This document shows positions 9,342 to 19,629 of a stretch of 64,000 bases of DNA, piece by piece. The notes below the pieces were generated by a model. It was given only the letters and a program-made list of their open reading frames with translations, searched no databases and had not been told where the DNA came from. The position numbers were made by a program, and so were the translations under genes. Origin of the DNA: a plasmid; the sequence record CP132319.1; one strand, given 5' to 3'. How positions within the stretch are numbered: position 1 is the first letter of the stretch; each line of letters opens with the position of its first letter.

Positions 9342-9370
9342 TTGACCCTGTAGCCGCTACAGGCTGTAGA
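9342..9370 (+). promoter_or_regulatory. MerR-family type promoter/operator (copy a)
   Basis: TTGACC followed by the dyad CCTGTAG-CCG-CTACAGG and a 19-bp -35/-10 spacing. Same half-sites as copies at 11394 and 14480. Confidence 0.5.
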
Positions 9371-9586
9371 CCTAAGCTCGAACGAATCTGACGAAGGAAG
9401 CCTATCCAAGAGATGCGGCGGGGTCCCATTTCGCGGCATTCAGTCCGTCGAGCAATCTTTGTTTGGCGCCAGCCGAGAAGCGGGACTAACTGCAGCGACG
9501 GCGCGGGGCGACATCGGCGCGCGGTGTGGGCGCCTCGCGCTCGACTTCCACTAACGATCAGGCCCAGCCAATGAGGGGAAATCATA

Positions 9587-10108
9587 TTGCCGACTAGTTC
9601 CGTTAGACATCGAACCGTCTGGATTGCGATCGCTTTTGTCCTCGCGCTTCTTTTCGACATCGCGACAAAGTGGCTGATCGTTAACGTCGTCATGGTCCCG
9701 CCGCGGACGATTAAGCTTGTGAGCTACTTCAACCTGACACTGGGTTTCAATACCGGCGTCAGTTTCGGAATGTTCAGCGATATCTTCTTTGAGCGTCCGT
9801 TATTGCTGGCCACCATAAAGACCGTCATAACCATCGGGCTGATCGTCTGGGCAATGCGAGCGGATCGGACGTTGGAAGCGACTGCGCTCGGTTTGATTGC
9901 CGGTGGGGCGGCCGGAAATATTCTTGATCGCGTGTGGCATGGCGCCGTCACCGACTTTCTCGATTTTCATATCGGGACTTGGCATTGGCCCGCTTTCAAC
10001 ATGGCAGATGTCGCGATCACCATCGGGGCAGCGCTGCTTATCGCAGGCTCGATCTTTTCTTTTGAGCCCGCACGCACACCCGGACCGTCCAGTACCGAGA
10101 AGCGCTGA
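9587..10108 (+). CDS. lspA: lipoprotein signal peptidase II
   Basis: Four TM segments with the GNILDR...DFLDF...PAFNMAD motifs. Confidence 0.85.
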   Translation: MPTSSVRHRTVWIAIAFVLALLFDIATKWLIVNVVMVPPRTIKLVSYFNLTLGFNTGVSFGMFSDIFFERPLLLATIKTVITIGLIVWAMRADRTLEATALGLIAGGAAGNILDRVWHGAVTDFLDFHIGTWHWPAFNMADVAITIGAALLIAGSIFSFEPARTPGPSSTEKR

Positions 10109-10193
10109 ATGAAGACGTTGTCGGGTTTCAGCCGCACGCGACGCTGGACCAGTGCATCGGCTTTCTATGTGCAGAAATAATGGGAAAACTTGA

Positions 10194-10799
10194 ATGAGCG
10201 AGAAACACCGCGAGGACGAAATACGGCTCGACGCGAGAAATGCCTCCGAGCGAACGACGCTTGTCTGGGTCCTTGCCATCAATCTGTTGCAAGTGATCGT
10301 CGCCGGCGTCGTTGGCGTCTTCGCTGACTCGACCGGTCTTCTGGGAGCAGCCCTCGATAATATGGGCGACGCTGGCGTTTATGCCATCAGCCTTTACGCC
10401 GTCGGTCGGACGGTAGTGGCAAAGGTGCGTGTTGCGCGCCTGTCCGGAATCCTGCTGATCGCCCTGGGTCTGGCACTTTTCGTCGAGGTAGGGCGTCGGT
10501 TTTTCGTAGGCGCCGAGCCGATTGGCTTGGCCATGATCATTACCGCCTTCATCAATGCCGCGCTGAATGTCATTTGCCTGAAGCTTCTTCGATCGCATCG
10601 CGATCAGGGCGTTCATCTGAAGGCGTCGTGGATTTTCACGACGAACGATATGATCGCCAATGCCGGCATTGTCGTTTCGGGCGCAGCGGTTATGTTCTTC
10701 GCTTCTCCTTATCCGGATCTGGTTATCGGGGTGTTGGTTGCAGGCATCGTCCTGCGGGGTGGCTGGGAAATCCTGGAAGAGGCGAAGGACGCATCTTAG
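10194..10799 (+). CDS. cation diffusion facilitator-type divalent metal exporter (short form)
   Basis: Six TM segments. Co-oriented with lspA downstream of the MerR-type operator. Confidence 0.7.
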   Translation: MSEKHREDEIRLDARNASERTTLVWVLAINLLQVIVAGVVGVFADSTGLLGAALDNMGDAGVYAISLYAVGRTVVAKVRVARLSGILLIALGLALFVEVGRRFFVGAEPIGLAMIITAFINAALNVICLKLLRSHRDQGVHLKASWIFTTNDMIANAGIVVSGAAVMFFASPYPDLVIGVLVAGIVLRGGWEILEEAKDAS

Positions 10800-10982
10800 C
10801 GGCCTGCAATGTAGGAGATCGGCGTTCATTGCAGTTCACGACGCTGGTCGGCAATTCGCCTGCCGCCACAGACGCATTGGAACGAGGGCCTCAAACAGTC
10901 GAATGCGCTCTCTGCCTGCGCCGGCCACCCACTTCCCAGCCGCCGCTTTACATCAAAGCGGCTTTTGAATCTGTGTTGGCCC

Positions 10983-11390
10983 CTAATGCTTCGGCGAAAG
11001 AGAATCGATGATGCGGCAGTCGGCGACCGTTCCACAACTACACTGGTCGATAATACTGTCTAGTTCCGCCTTCAACGCCTGCAGGTCGCGGATCTTGCGC
11101 TCGACCTCGGCGCGATGCTCGTTGGCAATTTCGTCGACCGCCATGCATGACTGGTCACGGTCGTCACTCAGCCTCAGAAGACCGCGTACCTGATCGAGGG
11201 AAAATCCAAGGTCGCGCGCGCGACGGATGAAGCTCAGTCGATTCAGGTGCGCATGGTCATAGGCGCGGTAGTTGCCCTCGGTGCGGCCCGGTTCGGGCAG
11301 CAAACCGTTCTTTTCATAAAAGCGGATCGTTTCAACCTTGGTGCCGGTTTTCTTGGCAAGATACCCGATTGTCAGAATGTTTGGCGACAT
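10983..11390 (-). CDS. MerR-family heavy-metal-responsive regulator (CadR/ZntR/PbrR-like)
   Basis: N-terminal HTH (TIGYLAKKTGTKVETIRFYEKNGLL), a dimerisation helix and a C-terminal Cys cluster CSCGTVADC. Divergent from the ATPase gene. Confidence 0.85.
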   Translation of the reverse strand: MSPNILTIGYLAKKTGTKVETIRFYEKNGLLPEPGRTEGNYRAYDHAHLNRLSFIRRARDLGFSLDQVRGLLRLSDDRDQSCMAVDEIANEHRAEVERKIRDLQALKAELDSIIDQCSCGTVADCRIIDSLSPKH

Positions 11391-11393
11391 GGC

Positions 11394-11425
11394 TTGACCC
11401 TGTAGTTGCTACAGGCCTCATGTAA
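11394..11425 (+). promoter_or_regulatory. MerR-family type promoter/operator (copy b)
   Basis: TTGACC plus the dyad CCTGTAG-TTG-CTACAGG in the divergent regulator/ATPase intergenic region. Confidence 0.6.
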
Positions 11426-11456
11426 GGCGCCAGTTCGTAATTGTCGAGGTGACGTC

Positions 11457-13592
11457 ATGGCTTCCAGCGCGTTGAAATTGAAGATCAAGGGCATGGATTG
11501 CGCTGCCTGCGCAATGAAGATTGAAAACGCGATGAAGCGCTTGCCAGGCGTCAGCGACATCAATGTCAATTACAGTCAGGAAAGCATGGTCATCATGCTG
11601 GATAAGGACAGGACCTCGCCGCAGACTGTCGAGGACAAGATCAAAGGGCTCGGCTTCACCCCAATTTCAGCGGGCGCGGACAATCAAGCTGGTGCCAGCC
11701 AGCTCCCGGACTACCACGACCAGGCATGGTGGAAGGGTAAGAAGGGGCGTCTCGTCATCTTCACTGGCGCGATGTTTGCAGTTGCCTGGAGCATCGCCCA
11801 CGTATCTCCGGACTGGGGTCAGATCGCTTACTCGGTAGCGGCGCTGATCGCCATCGTTCCGTTCGCAAGACGTGCCTTCGTCGGTGCTGTCTCCGGAACG
11901 CCGTTTAGCATCGAAACGCTGATGACGGTTGCCGCGCTCGGGGCGTTGCTGATTGGGGCCGCCGAGGAGTCGGCGGTCGTAATCCTGCTGTTTGCCGTTG
12001 GCGAGCTTCTCGAAACCATCGCGGCCGGCCGCGCCCGGGCTGGTATCAAGGCATTGATCGATCTTGTCCCAAGGACTGCCTTTCGCGAGCGCGATGGCGT
12101 GGTCGAGAAGGTTGCAGTAGAGGAACTGGCGATCGACGACATAGTCGTCGTGCGGCCCGGCGATCGTGTTCCCTCCGATGGCAAAGTCACGCAGGGCTTT
12201 TCCGAACTCAACGAGGCTCCGGTGACAGGTGAGTCCGTTCCGGTCGCCAAGAACGTCGGCGACAAGGTCTATGCCGGCAGCATCAACACCAATGGCGAGC
12301 TTCGGGTGGCGATCAGTCATGTCGCGGCCGACAATACAATCTCGCGCATCATTCATATGGTCGAGGAAGCGCAGTCGTCGAAGGCACCAATGGCACGGCT
12401 GATCGATCGCTTCAGCGCCTGGTATACGCCGGCGGCTATGGTGGTGGCGGCGCTGGTCATCGTCGTGCCGCCGATCTTCTTCGGCGGCGAGTGGGCGACG
12501 TGGATCTACCGTGGCCTCTCCACGCTCCTGATCGCCTGCCCCTGTGCGCTGGTCATCTCCACGCCGGCGGCCATAGCGTCCGGACTTGCGGCCGGCGCTC
12601 GCAAGGGTCTGCTTATCAAGGGCGGCGCGGCACTTGAGACGCTCGGAAAGGTCAAGACCGTCGCCTTCGACAAGACAGGAACGCTGACCCGCGGCCGACC
12701 GCAGGTCACGGATGTGTTGGCAATTGTCGGGACAGAGGCCGATGTGCTGGCCCGCGCGGCCGCCGTCGAACGGAACAGCAGCCATCCGCTAGGCGTCGCG
12801 ATTGGTGAAGCGGCGGTCGCAAAAGGCTTATCTGTGCCGGCAAGCTTCGGCGGTGCCAAGGCAACGCCCGGAAAAGCGGTTACTGCGCGGTTGAAGAACG
12901 GCTTCGTCTCCGTCGGGTCTCCCCGATTTGCCGCCGAGCAGGCCGTACTCGATGACGAATTTGCCCGGCGGATCACCTACCTTGAGGAAGAAGGAAAGAC
13001 GGTCGTCGTTCTGATGATGAACGGCAAGATTGAGGGCCTGATCGCGCTCAGGGACGAGCCGCGGGACGACGCCGCAACTGCCATCCGGCATCTGCAGGAT
13101 ATCGGCGTCAAAACTATCATGCTCACCGGCGACAATCAGCGCACGGCAATAGCGATAGGATCGGCGCTCGGACTGGACGTGAAGGCGGAACTACTTCCGG
13201 ACGCCAAGCTTGCCGAGATCTCGCGCCTCAAGACGCAAGCGCCCATCGCCATGATCGGCGACGGTATCAATGACGCTCCGGCGCTCGCCACCGCTTCGGT
13301 CGGGGTGGCAATGGGCGGAGGAACCGATGTCGCGCTGGAAACCGCCGACGCCGCGCTGCTTCGCGACAAGGTTATGGGAGTGGCCGATCTCATTGCCCTC
13401 TCAAAGGCGACGCTTGGCAACATCTGGCAAAATATCGGGCTCGCTCTTGGTCTCAAGGTCATTTTCCTCGGCACGACGCTTTTCGGTGTTACCACGCTTT
13501 GGATGGCGATTCTGGCTGATACGGGGGCGACGGTCCTGGTAACAGCCAATGCACTTCGCCTTCTTCGCCATCGCCGCCGTGATATCGAGTAG
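11457..13592 (+). CDS. P1B-2 type heavy-metal translocating ATPase (ZntA/CadA-like, Zn/Cd/Pb)
   Basis: N-terminal HMA domain (GMDCAACA), CPC transport motif (ACPCALVIS), and the DKTGT, GDGINDAP and HP motifs. Confidence 0.9.
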   Translation: MASSALKLKIKGMDCAACAMKIENAMKRLPGVSDINVNYSQESMVIMLDKDRTSPQTVEDKIKGLGFTPISAGADNQAGASQLPDYHDQAWWKGKKGRLVIFTGAMFAVAWSIAHVSPDWGQIAYSVAALIAIVPFARRAFVGAVSGTPFSIETLMTVAALGALLIGAAEESAVVILLFAVGELLETIAAGRARAGIKALIDLVPRTAFRERDGVVEKVAVEELAIDDIVVVRPGDRVPSDGKVTQGFSELNEAPVTGESVPVAKNVGDKVYAGSINTNGELRVAISHVAADNTISRIIHMVEEAQSSKAPMARLIDRFSAWYTPAAMVVAALVIVVPPIFFGGEWATWIYRGLSTLLIACPCALVISTPAAIASGLAAGARKGLLIKGGAALETLGKVKTVAFDKTGTLTRGRPQVTDVLAIVGTEADVLARAAAVERNSSHPLGVAIGEAAVAKGLSVPASFGGAKATPGKAVTARLKNGFVSVGSPRFAAEQAVLDDEFARRITYLEEEGKTVVVLMMNGKIEGLIALRDEPRDDAATAIRHLQDIGVKTIMLTGDNQRTAIAIGSALGLDVKAELLPDAKLAEISRLKTQAPIAMIGDGINDAPALATASVGVAMGGGTDVALETADAALLRDKVMGVADLIALSKATLGNIWQNIGLALGLKVIFLGTTLFGVTTLWMAILADTGATVLVTANALRLLRHRRRDIE

Positions 13593-14008
13593 GAGCAACT
13601 GGAAAGGAGGCCGATGCCCTGCTTTCCGGATCTACAGCGCTTTCCGAGAAATTCGAAATTCATCAATCGACCCTCGTTAAGGGGGTCGCCAAAATGCGTC
13701 AGTTCGAAGATGCGATCGAAATAATGCCGGGAGAAACCCTAGCTTTGAGGGCGGGCGCATCGCACATCATGTTTGCGAAGCTTAGGAAGCAACTGGCGGC
13801 AGGGGAGCGCTTCGCCGTCAGTCTCAACTTCAAGAACGCTGGCTCGACAACCGTGGACTTGGCTGTCCAGGGGCTCGGGGTTTCCAAGCCCGCCAAAGCC
13901 CATGACGACGCAGGCCGAAGGCTGACTGACCGTGCTGAAGATTGTCCGCACCGCTGCTTAGTTGCCGGCGCGATTCCTGTCGCGATCTTAATCGGCGCCT
14001 GGCCCTGA
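13593..14008 (+). pseudogene. PCu(A)C copper chaperone homologue, 5'-truncated (no signal peptide, no start codon)
   Basis: The frame opens immediately after the ATPase stop. It carries the H...M...HIMF copper-binding motifs (FEIHQ...MRQFEDAIEIMPGETLALRAGASHIMF) but lacks the N-terminal ~40 aa. Confidence 0.5.
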
Positions 14009-14211
14009 TGCCGCCGCCCGCGGGGCGGGAGCGTGCAACCTGCGATCGCCACAGGTCTCCAGGTGCTCTTATCCTCTCGACGGCCTGTCTGTCAGGTCAG
14101 GAACTCGCAATAGAACCAATTCGTGCTGAGCGAGGTCGAAACCGAGAGACAGCCGCGGTGTCAGGCCGGATGTAGAAGAGGTCGACCGGCCTGACGGAGA
14201 CGTCGGGGCGC

Positions 14212-14421
14212 TCAGTTCGAGACCGTGTATCCGAGGTCCACAACCGTCTCCTGCAGTATGTCGGCGCCGATGATCTCGGGATCGATCTGAACGATCGCCC
14301 TAGTGCTATCGAGTGAAACGTTGACGTCCAGCACGCCGGGAAGCGCGCGTAGGCCCTTCTCGACCTTTGCGACACAGCTCGCGCAGTCCATTCCGACCAC
14401 ATTCATTTCTACAGTTTCCAT
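14212..14421 (-). CDS. copZ: CopZ-like heavy-metal-associated domain metallochaperone
   Basis: 69 aa with the MNVVGMDCASCVAKVEKGL HMA motif. Confidence 0.8.
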   Translation of the reverse strand: METVEMNVVGMDCASCVAKVEKGLRALPGVLDVNVSLDSTRAIVQIDPEIIGADILQETVVDLGYTVSN

Positions 14422-14479
14422 CTGAAATCCTTTCAGGACTAAGCTGACGTGAGTTAAGTTTCCCAACGCGTCAAAACTT

Positions 14480-14506
14480 TGCACCCTGTAGCGGCTGCAG
14501 GGTCAA
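14480..14506 (-). promoter_or_regulatory. MerR-family type promoter/operator (copy c)
   Basis: On the minus strand, TTGACC plus the dyad CCTGCAG-CCG-CTACAGG, 55 bp upstream of copZ. Confidence 0.5.
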
Positions 14507-14791
14507 CCCAAAGGGCTCACGGTTCCTAGAAATTTTTGGGCCCTTCGATCATTTGCCGCCAAGCCAATGTCCGGGAGGCATCCGCAGCCAATGAAGCGCC
14601 GTTGATCCAGTACCACTCTGCATCGTGCTACGTACCGAGTTAAAAACCTAGGAACGCAGATCAGAGCTATAAAGCCCCAGATTGAGGTGTTTAGCAGGGC
14701 CTCTGCCCTGCACGCTTAATCAGATGGTGGTGGAACCGGGTCACGCTTCATACCGGATGCTATGCGATATGTTTGCCGGCGGGCATTGTGA

Positions 14792-15640
14792 TTACTCTGG
14801 TGTGACCGGCAGTGCTCGCTTGTGTGCGGTCGCTGTGTACATGGTGAGGATTCGCTCGCGAGCTGGTTCCGTGATCACCTTACCCTCGAGAAAATCGTCA
14901 ATCTCGTCGTAGGTGACGCCGTAAGCCTCCTCGTCAGGACGCAGCGGCGCATCGCTTTCTAGGTCGGCGGTCGGCACCTTGTCGATCAGTTCCTGTGGCG
15001 CTCCGACGTGCTTTGCAATTGCACGGACGCGGCGCTTGGTAAGACCCGAAAGTGGAAGGATATCCGCAGCGCCGTCTCCGAATTTCGTGAAGAACCCCAT
15101 CAGCGCCTCGGCGGCGTGATCCGTACCGATCACCAAGCCGCCGACGGCGCCCGCCAACGCGTATTGCGCAATCATGCGCTGACGTGCCTTGATATTGCCG
15201 AGGTGGAAATCGACCCTCTCTACCTCAAACAATTCTCCTGCCTGACGACGGATCTCTGCAAGCATGGCATCGGCAGCCGGTTTGATGTCGATGGTGACGG
15301 TTCGATCGGGACGGATCGCCGCTAAGGCTTTCTGCGCATCGGCTTCATCAGCCTGAACGCCATACGGGAGCCGCACTGCGACGAATTCCGCTTTGTGGCC
15401 GTGCTCGCGCAGGCGGTTTGAAGCGGTCTGGGCCAGGATGGCGGCGGTCAGGGAATCCACGCCGCCGCTGATGCCAAGGACAAAGGCCCGTAATGCCCTA
15501 GTGCGAAGGTAATCGGCCAGAAACGCGATCCGACGTTCTGTCTCTGCTGCTGCATCGAAGCTCGGTGCGACGCCGAGTGCGTGGATGATATCGGCCTGTT
15601 GATGCAGCAAGGTCGTTCCTTCGTTTGACGAACGCATCAA
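14792..15640 (-). CDS. nadE: NH3-dependent NAD+ synthetase
   Basis: SGGVDS PP-loop plus conserved NadE blocks (FVAVRLPYG, GTDHAAE). Confidence 0.85.
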   Translation of the reverse strand: MMRSSNEGTTLLHQQADIIHALGVAPSFDAAAETERRIAFLADYLRTRALRAFVLGISGGVDSLTAAILAQTASNRLREHGHKAEFVAVRLPYGVQADEADAQKALAAIRPDRTVTIDIKPAADAMLAEIRRQAGELFEVERVDFHLGNIKARQRMIAQYALAGAVGGLVIGTDHAAEALMGFFTKFGDGAADILPLSGLTKRRVRAIAKHVGAPQELIDKVPTADLESDAPLRPDEEAYGVTYDEIDDFLEGKVITEPARERILTMYTATAHKRALPVTPE

Positions 15641-15855
15641 TAGCTAAGCCCAGGCGCGGTGACGTCAAGGCCTTTCATAGGGGCTGATCAATTCCCTCGA
15701 TGTCGGTCATCTGTTTCGCGTTCGTCAGTTGGGCTGGAAGGCGTCTACCCGGGAAGCGGCAAGCTTACAGCGGAAAGTTGCCTGTTGCAGCGCGTGGTCG
15801 TGGCTTAATTTGTGTGACCAATGGCCGAGGCCGTCGTGAGGATCCGGCCATTAGG

Positions 15856-17880
15856 TCATTCAGCAGCCTGCAGACTGCGCCTCTGGTTCTCGGTTACAGC
15901 ATGATCCGCTTCGGATGCGGCTGGCAGTCGCCATCCCTTGATCAGCCCATAGACGGCCGGAATGACGACCAGCGTCAGCAGCGTCGACGACACCATGCCG
16001 CCGATCATCGGTACGGCGATCCGTTGCATGATCTCCGATCCCGTGCCGGTCCTCCACAGGATCGGCACGAGGCCGGCCATGATGGCGGCGACGGTCATCA
16101 TCTTCGGTCGGACGCGCTCGACCGCGCCGACCATGATCGCCCGATTGAGGTCCGGCTTCGAGAAGGAACGACCCTCCTGTTCGCAGGCTTCGCGTTGCTC
16201 CTTCAGGGCGTGGTCGAGATAGATCAACATGATCACCCCGGTTTCCGCCGCCACGCCTGCAAGGGCAATGAAGCCGACGGCGACCGCCACCGAGGCGTTG
16301 AAGCCCATCCACCACATCAGCCAGATGCCGCCGACCAGCGCGAACGGCAGCGACAGCATTACGATGACAGTCTCCGTCAGCGCCTTGAAGTTCAGGTAGA
16401 GCAGCAGGAAGATCAGGGCCAGGGTCAGGGGAACGACGACGGCCAGTCGTGCTTCGGCCCGTTGGAGATATTCGAACTGACCGCTCCAGGCGACGGAATA
16501 GCCTGGAGGCATCGTCACGCTCCTTGCCACTGCCTGCTGGGCTTCGGCGACATAGCCGCCGAGATCGCGGTTGGCGATGTCGACGTAGATGTAGACGGCG
16601 AGCTGGCCGTTTTCGGTGCGGATGGTTGTCGCTCCGCGCGTCAGCTTGACGTCCGCGACCTCGCCGAGAGGAACCGTCCCGCCGCCCGGCAGGGATATCT
16701 GCACGTCCCTGGCGATCGACTGCGGATCGCTTCGCGAGGCCCGTGGATACCGTATTGCCACGCCATATCGTTCCCGGCCTTCGACCGTCTGGGTAACGAC
16801 CTCGGAGCCCAGCGCCATGCCGACAACGTCCTGGACATCGTTGATGGTCAGCCCGTAACGGCCGAGCGCCGTTCGATCGGGAACGATGTCGAGGTAGTAG
16901 CCGCCGATCACCCGCTCGGCATAGGCGCTCGACGTACCGGGGATTGTCTTCAGCACGCTTTCGATTTGGCGAGCGACTTTTTCCATCTCGCCGAGATCTG
17001 TACCGTAGACTTTAACCCCGACGGGCGTTCTGATCCCGGTCGACAGCATATCGATGCGGGCGCGGATCGGCATGGTCCAGGCATTGGAGACGCCGGGGAA
17101 CTGCAGGGCGGCGTCCATCTCCTGTTTCAGGCTGTCGGTGGTGACCCCCGGCCGCCATTCCGACTTCGGCTTCAGGGTGATGATCGTCTCGAACATCTCC
17201 GTCGGCGCCGGGTCGGTGGCGGTCAGCGCCCGCCCGGCCTTGCCAAAGACGGTTTGGACTTCCGGGAAGGACTTGATGATGCGGTCCTGCGTCTGCATCA
17301 GCTCGGCCGCCTTGGTGACCGATATGCCGGGCAAGGTGGTCGGCATGTACATCAGCGTGCCCTCGTCGAGATTGGGCATGAACTCGCTACCGATATGCTG
17401 GACGGGCCAGGCAGTGACCCCGAGGATGACGAGCGCCGCCAGAATCGTCAATGTCTTGACCCGCAACACCCCAGCAATGACGGGGCGGTAGATCCAGATC
17501 AGGAACCGATTGAGAGGGTTCTTGTGCTCGGGAACGATATAGCCCCGAACGAAGAGGATCATCAGTGCAGGCACAAGCGTCACCGATAGCAGGGCGGCAG
17601 CAGCCATCGAGAAAGTCTTGGTGAAGGCGAGCGGCCCGAACAGCCGGCCTTCCTGCGATTCCAGTGTAAAGATCGGCAGGAACGACACGGTGATGATCAG
17701 CAGGCTGAAGAACAGCGCCGGCCCGACCTCGCTCGCCGCCTCTATGAGGATTTCCACCCGTGGCTTGTCAGGCGGCGCACGCTCGAGATGCTTATGGGCA
17801 TTCTCGATCATGACGATCGCCGCGTCGATCATCGCGCCGATGGCGATAGCGATGCCGCCGAGGCTCATGATGTTTGCACC
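15856..17880 (-). pseudogene. cusA: cusA/czcA RND pump gene lacking its 5' third (homology starts near CusA residue ~390)
   Basis: The translation aligns with CusA from SLGGIAIAIGAMIDAAIVMIEN to the C-terminus. Upstream in-frame residues are unrelated and overlap an opposite-strand gene remnant. Confidence 0.8.
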
Positions 17881-17899
17881 GATCCCGGTTCGGGCAGAG

Positions 17900-18100
17900 G
17901 TCGCGGACCTGTCCATGCTGTCGGCGCACGCCGACGCAAACGAGCTGATGCGCTGGCTGTCCGGCTTCCGTCGGCCGCCGTCCCGCGTGTTCATCGTGCA
18001 TGGTGAAGACGATGCCTCCGAAGCGCTGCGCGTGCGGATCGACCGCGAGCTTGGATGGAACGCAGTCGTCTCACGCCAGAATCAGGCTTTCGACCTATGA
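17900..18100 (+). pseudogene. C-terminal remnant (~65 aa) of an MBL-fold / beta-CASP hydrolase
   Basis: SAHADANELMRWL...RVFIVHGEDDA motif-C region. Upstream residues of the ORF are antisense to cusA, which marks a deletion junction. Confidence 0.5.
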
Positions 18101-19629
18101 CGATCAACAACGTCGAACCCGAGGTTCCTTCTCAGCCGACGCTACGCGTGCGGCGCCTGCGGCTGCACACTCAGCACCAGGCCGTGGTGGTGATGCGCAC
18201 CGATTGCCATGTCTGCCGCTCGGAGGGTCTGTCCGCGCGCACCCAGGTCCTCGTCTCGATCGGCGCGAGACAGGTACAGGCAACGCTCTTTCAGGTCGAA
18301 GGAGATGCATTGCTCGCTCAGGATGAAGTCGGTCTTTCTGAAACAGCCTGGCAGATCCTCGGCGTTAGCGAGAATGACAATGTGACGGTGACCCATCCTC
18401 CGGCCGTGGAGTCTCTGACGAGCGTGCGCCGTCGCATATATGGCAATCGCCTCGACGCGCACGCCTTTGCCGAAATCGTGAGCGACGTGGTCGCAGGCCG
18501 CTATACCGAGGTCCATCTCGCCGCCTTTCTGACCGCCAGTGCCGCGCTTCCTCTCGACGAGAGCGAGACTGTTGACCTCACGCGCGCCATGGTCGATGTC
18601 GGCGACCGGATGAGCTGGAATGCTCCGATCGTTGTGGACAAGCACTGTGTCGGCGGGTTGCCGGGCAATCGAACCACGCCGATCGTCGTCGCGATCGTGG
18701 CCGCCAATGGCCTTGTCATGCCGAAGACGTCTTCGCGCGCGATTACCTCGCCAGCCGGCACCGCCGACACAATGGAAACGCTTGCCCCTGTCGACCTCAG
18801 CATCGAAACCCTTCGACGCGTCGTGGAAGCAGAAGGCGGATGCATCGCCTGGGGCGGGGCGGTGCATCTCAGCCCCGCCGACGACATTTTCGTCCGGATC
18901 GAACGCGAACTCGACGTGGATACCGAGGGACAGCTTGTCGCTTCCGTCCTTTCAAAAAAAATCGCCGCTGGCTCGACGCATGTGGTTATCGACATCCCGG
19001 TTGGGGCAACCGCCAAGGTGCGCAGCGAAGCGGCCGCCGATCAGCTCGCCAGTCGCCTCAGCGCCGTCGCTGCCCGTTTCGATCTGGCCCTGACCTGCGT
19101 CCAGACCGACGGTTCGCAACCCGTCGGGCGCGGCATCGGCCCAGGTCTAGAAGCCTTCGACGTCCTGGCGGTTCTTCAAAACGCGCCGGATGCGCCGGAC
19201 GATCTGCGACGCCGCGCGATCCTGTTGGCGGGCGCCGCGCTTGAGATCGGTGGAAAGGCCGCAAAGGGGAAAGGTGAAGCGCTTGCGTTGGCGACCTTGG
19301 TCGACGGTCGTGCCTGGTCGAAGTTCATGGCGATCTGCGAGGCGCAAGGCGGACTTCGTGAGCCACCGAAGGCCGCACAGGTTCATCCGTTGATCGCGTC
19401 GCGCGCCGGCCGCGTCGTCCATATCAACAATCGCAAAATCGCCCGACTCGCCAAGCTCGCCGGAGCGCCGGAGTCGAAGGCGGCAGGCGTCCAAATGGCC
19501 GTCCGCCTCGGCGACGAGATCGCCAGCGGCCAGCCGCTTTTGCACGTTCACGCCGAGACGGCTGGTGAACTTGGCTACGCACTGGACTATGCCGCGCATG
19601 CAGGCGACCTTTTCGAGGTCGAAAGTTGA
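18097..19629 (+). CDS. thymidine phosphorylase family protein (long N-terminal-extension type)
   Basis: CVGGLPGNRTT, SRAITSPAGTADT and glycosyltransferase-family-3 blocks. ATGA overlap with the MBL remnant. Confidence 0.8.
   Translation: MTINNVEPEVPSQPTLRVRRLRLHTQHQAVVVMRTDCHVCRSEGLSARTQVLVSIGARQVQATLFQVEGDALLAQDEVGLSETAWQILGVSENDNVTVTHPPAVESLTSVRRRIYGNRLDAHAFAEIVSDVVAGRYTEVHLAAFLTASAALPLDESETVDLTRAMVDVGDRMSWNAPIVVDKHCVGGLPGNRTTPIVVAIVAANGLVMPKTSSRAITSPAGTADTMETLAPVDLSIETLRRVVEAEGGCIAWGGAVHLSPADDIFVRIERELDVDTEGQLVASVLSKKIAAGSTHVVIDIPVGATAKVRSEAAADQLASRLSAVAARFDLALTCVQTDGSQPVGRGIGPGLEAFDVLAVLQNAPDAPDDLRRRAILLAGAALEIGGKAAKGKGEALALATLVDGRAWSKFMAICEAQGGLREPPKAAQVHPLIASRAGRVVHINNRKIARLAKLAGAPESKAAGVQMAVRLGDEIASGQPLLHVHAETAGELGYALDYAAHAGDLFEVES

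Noticed and set aside
14160-14192. Hairpin CAGGCCGG...CCGGCCTG downstream of copZ as a terminator
   Set aside because: There is no U-tract on the relevant strand, and it is GC-only. A weak candidate.
15700-17589. 629-aa plus-strand ORF opposite cusA
   Set aside because: It is antisense to a clearly homologous RND pump gene, and its composition is extremely Arg/Gly/Asp-rich. A GC-rich shadow ORF.
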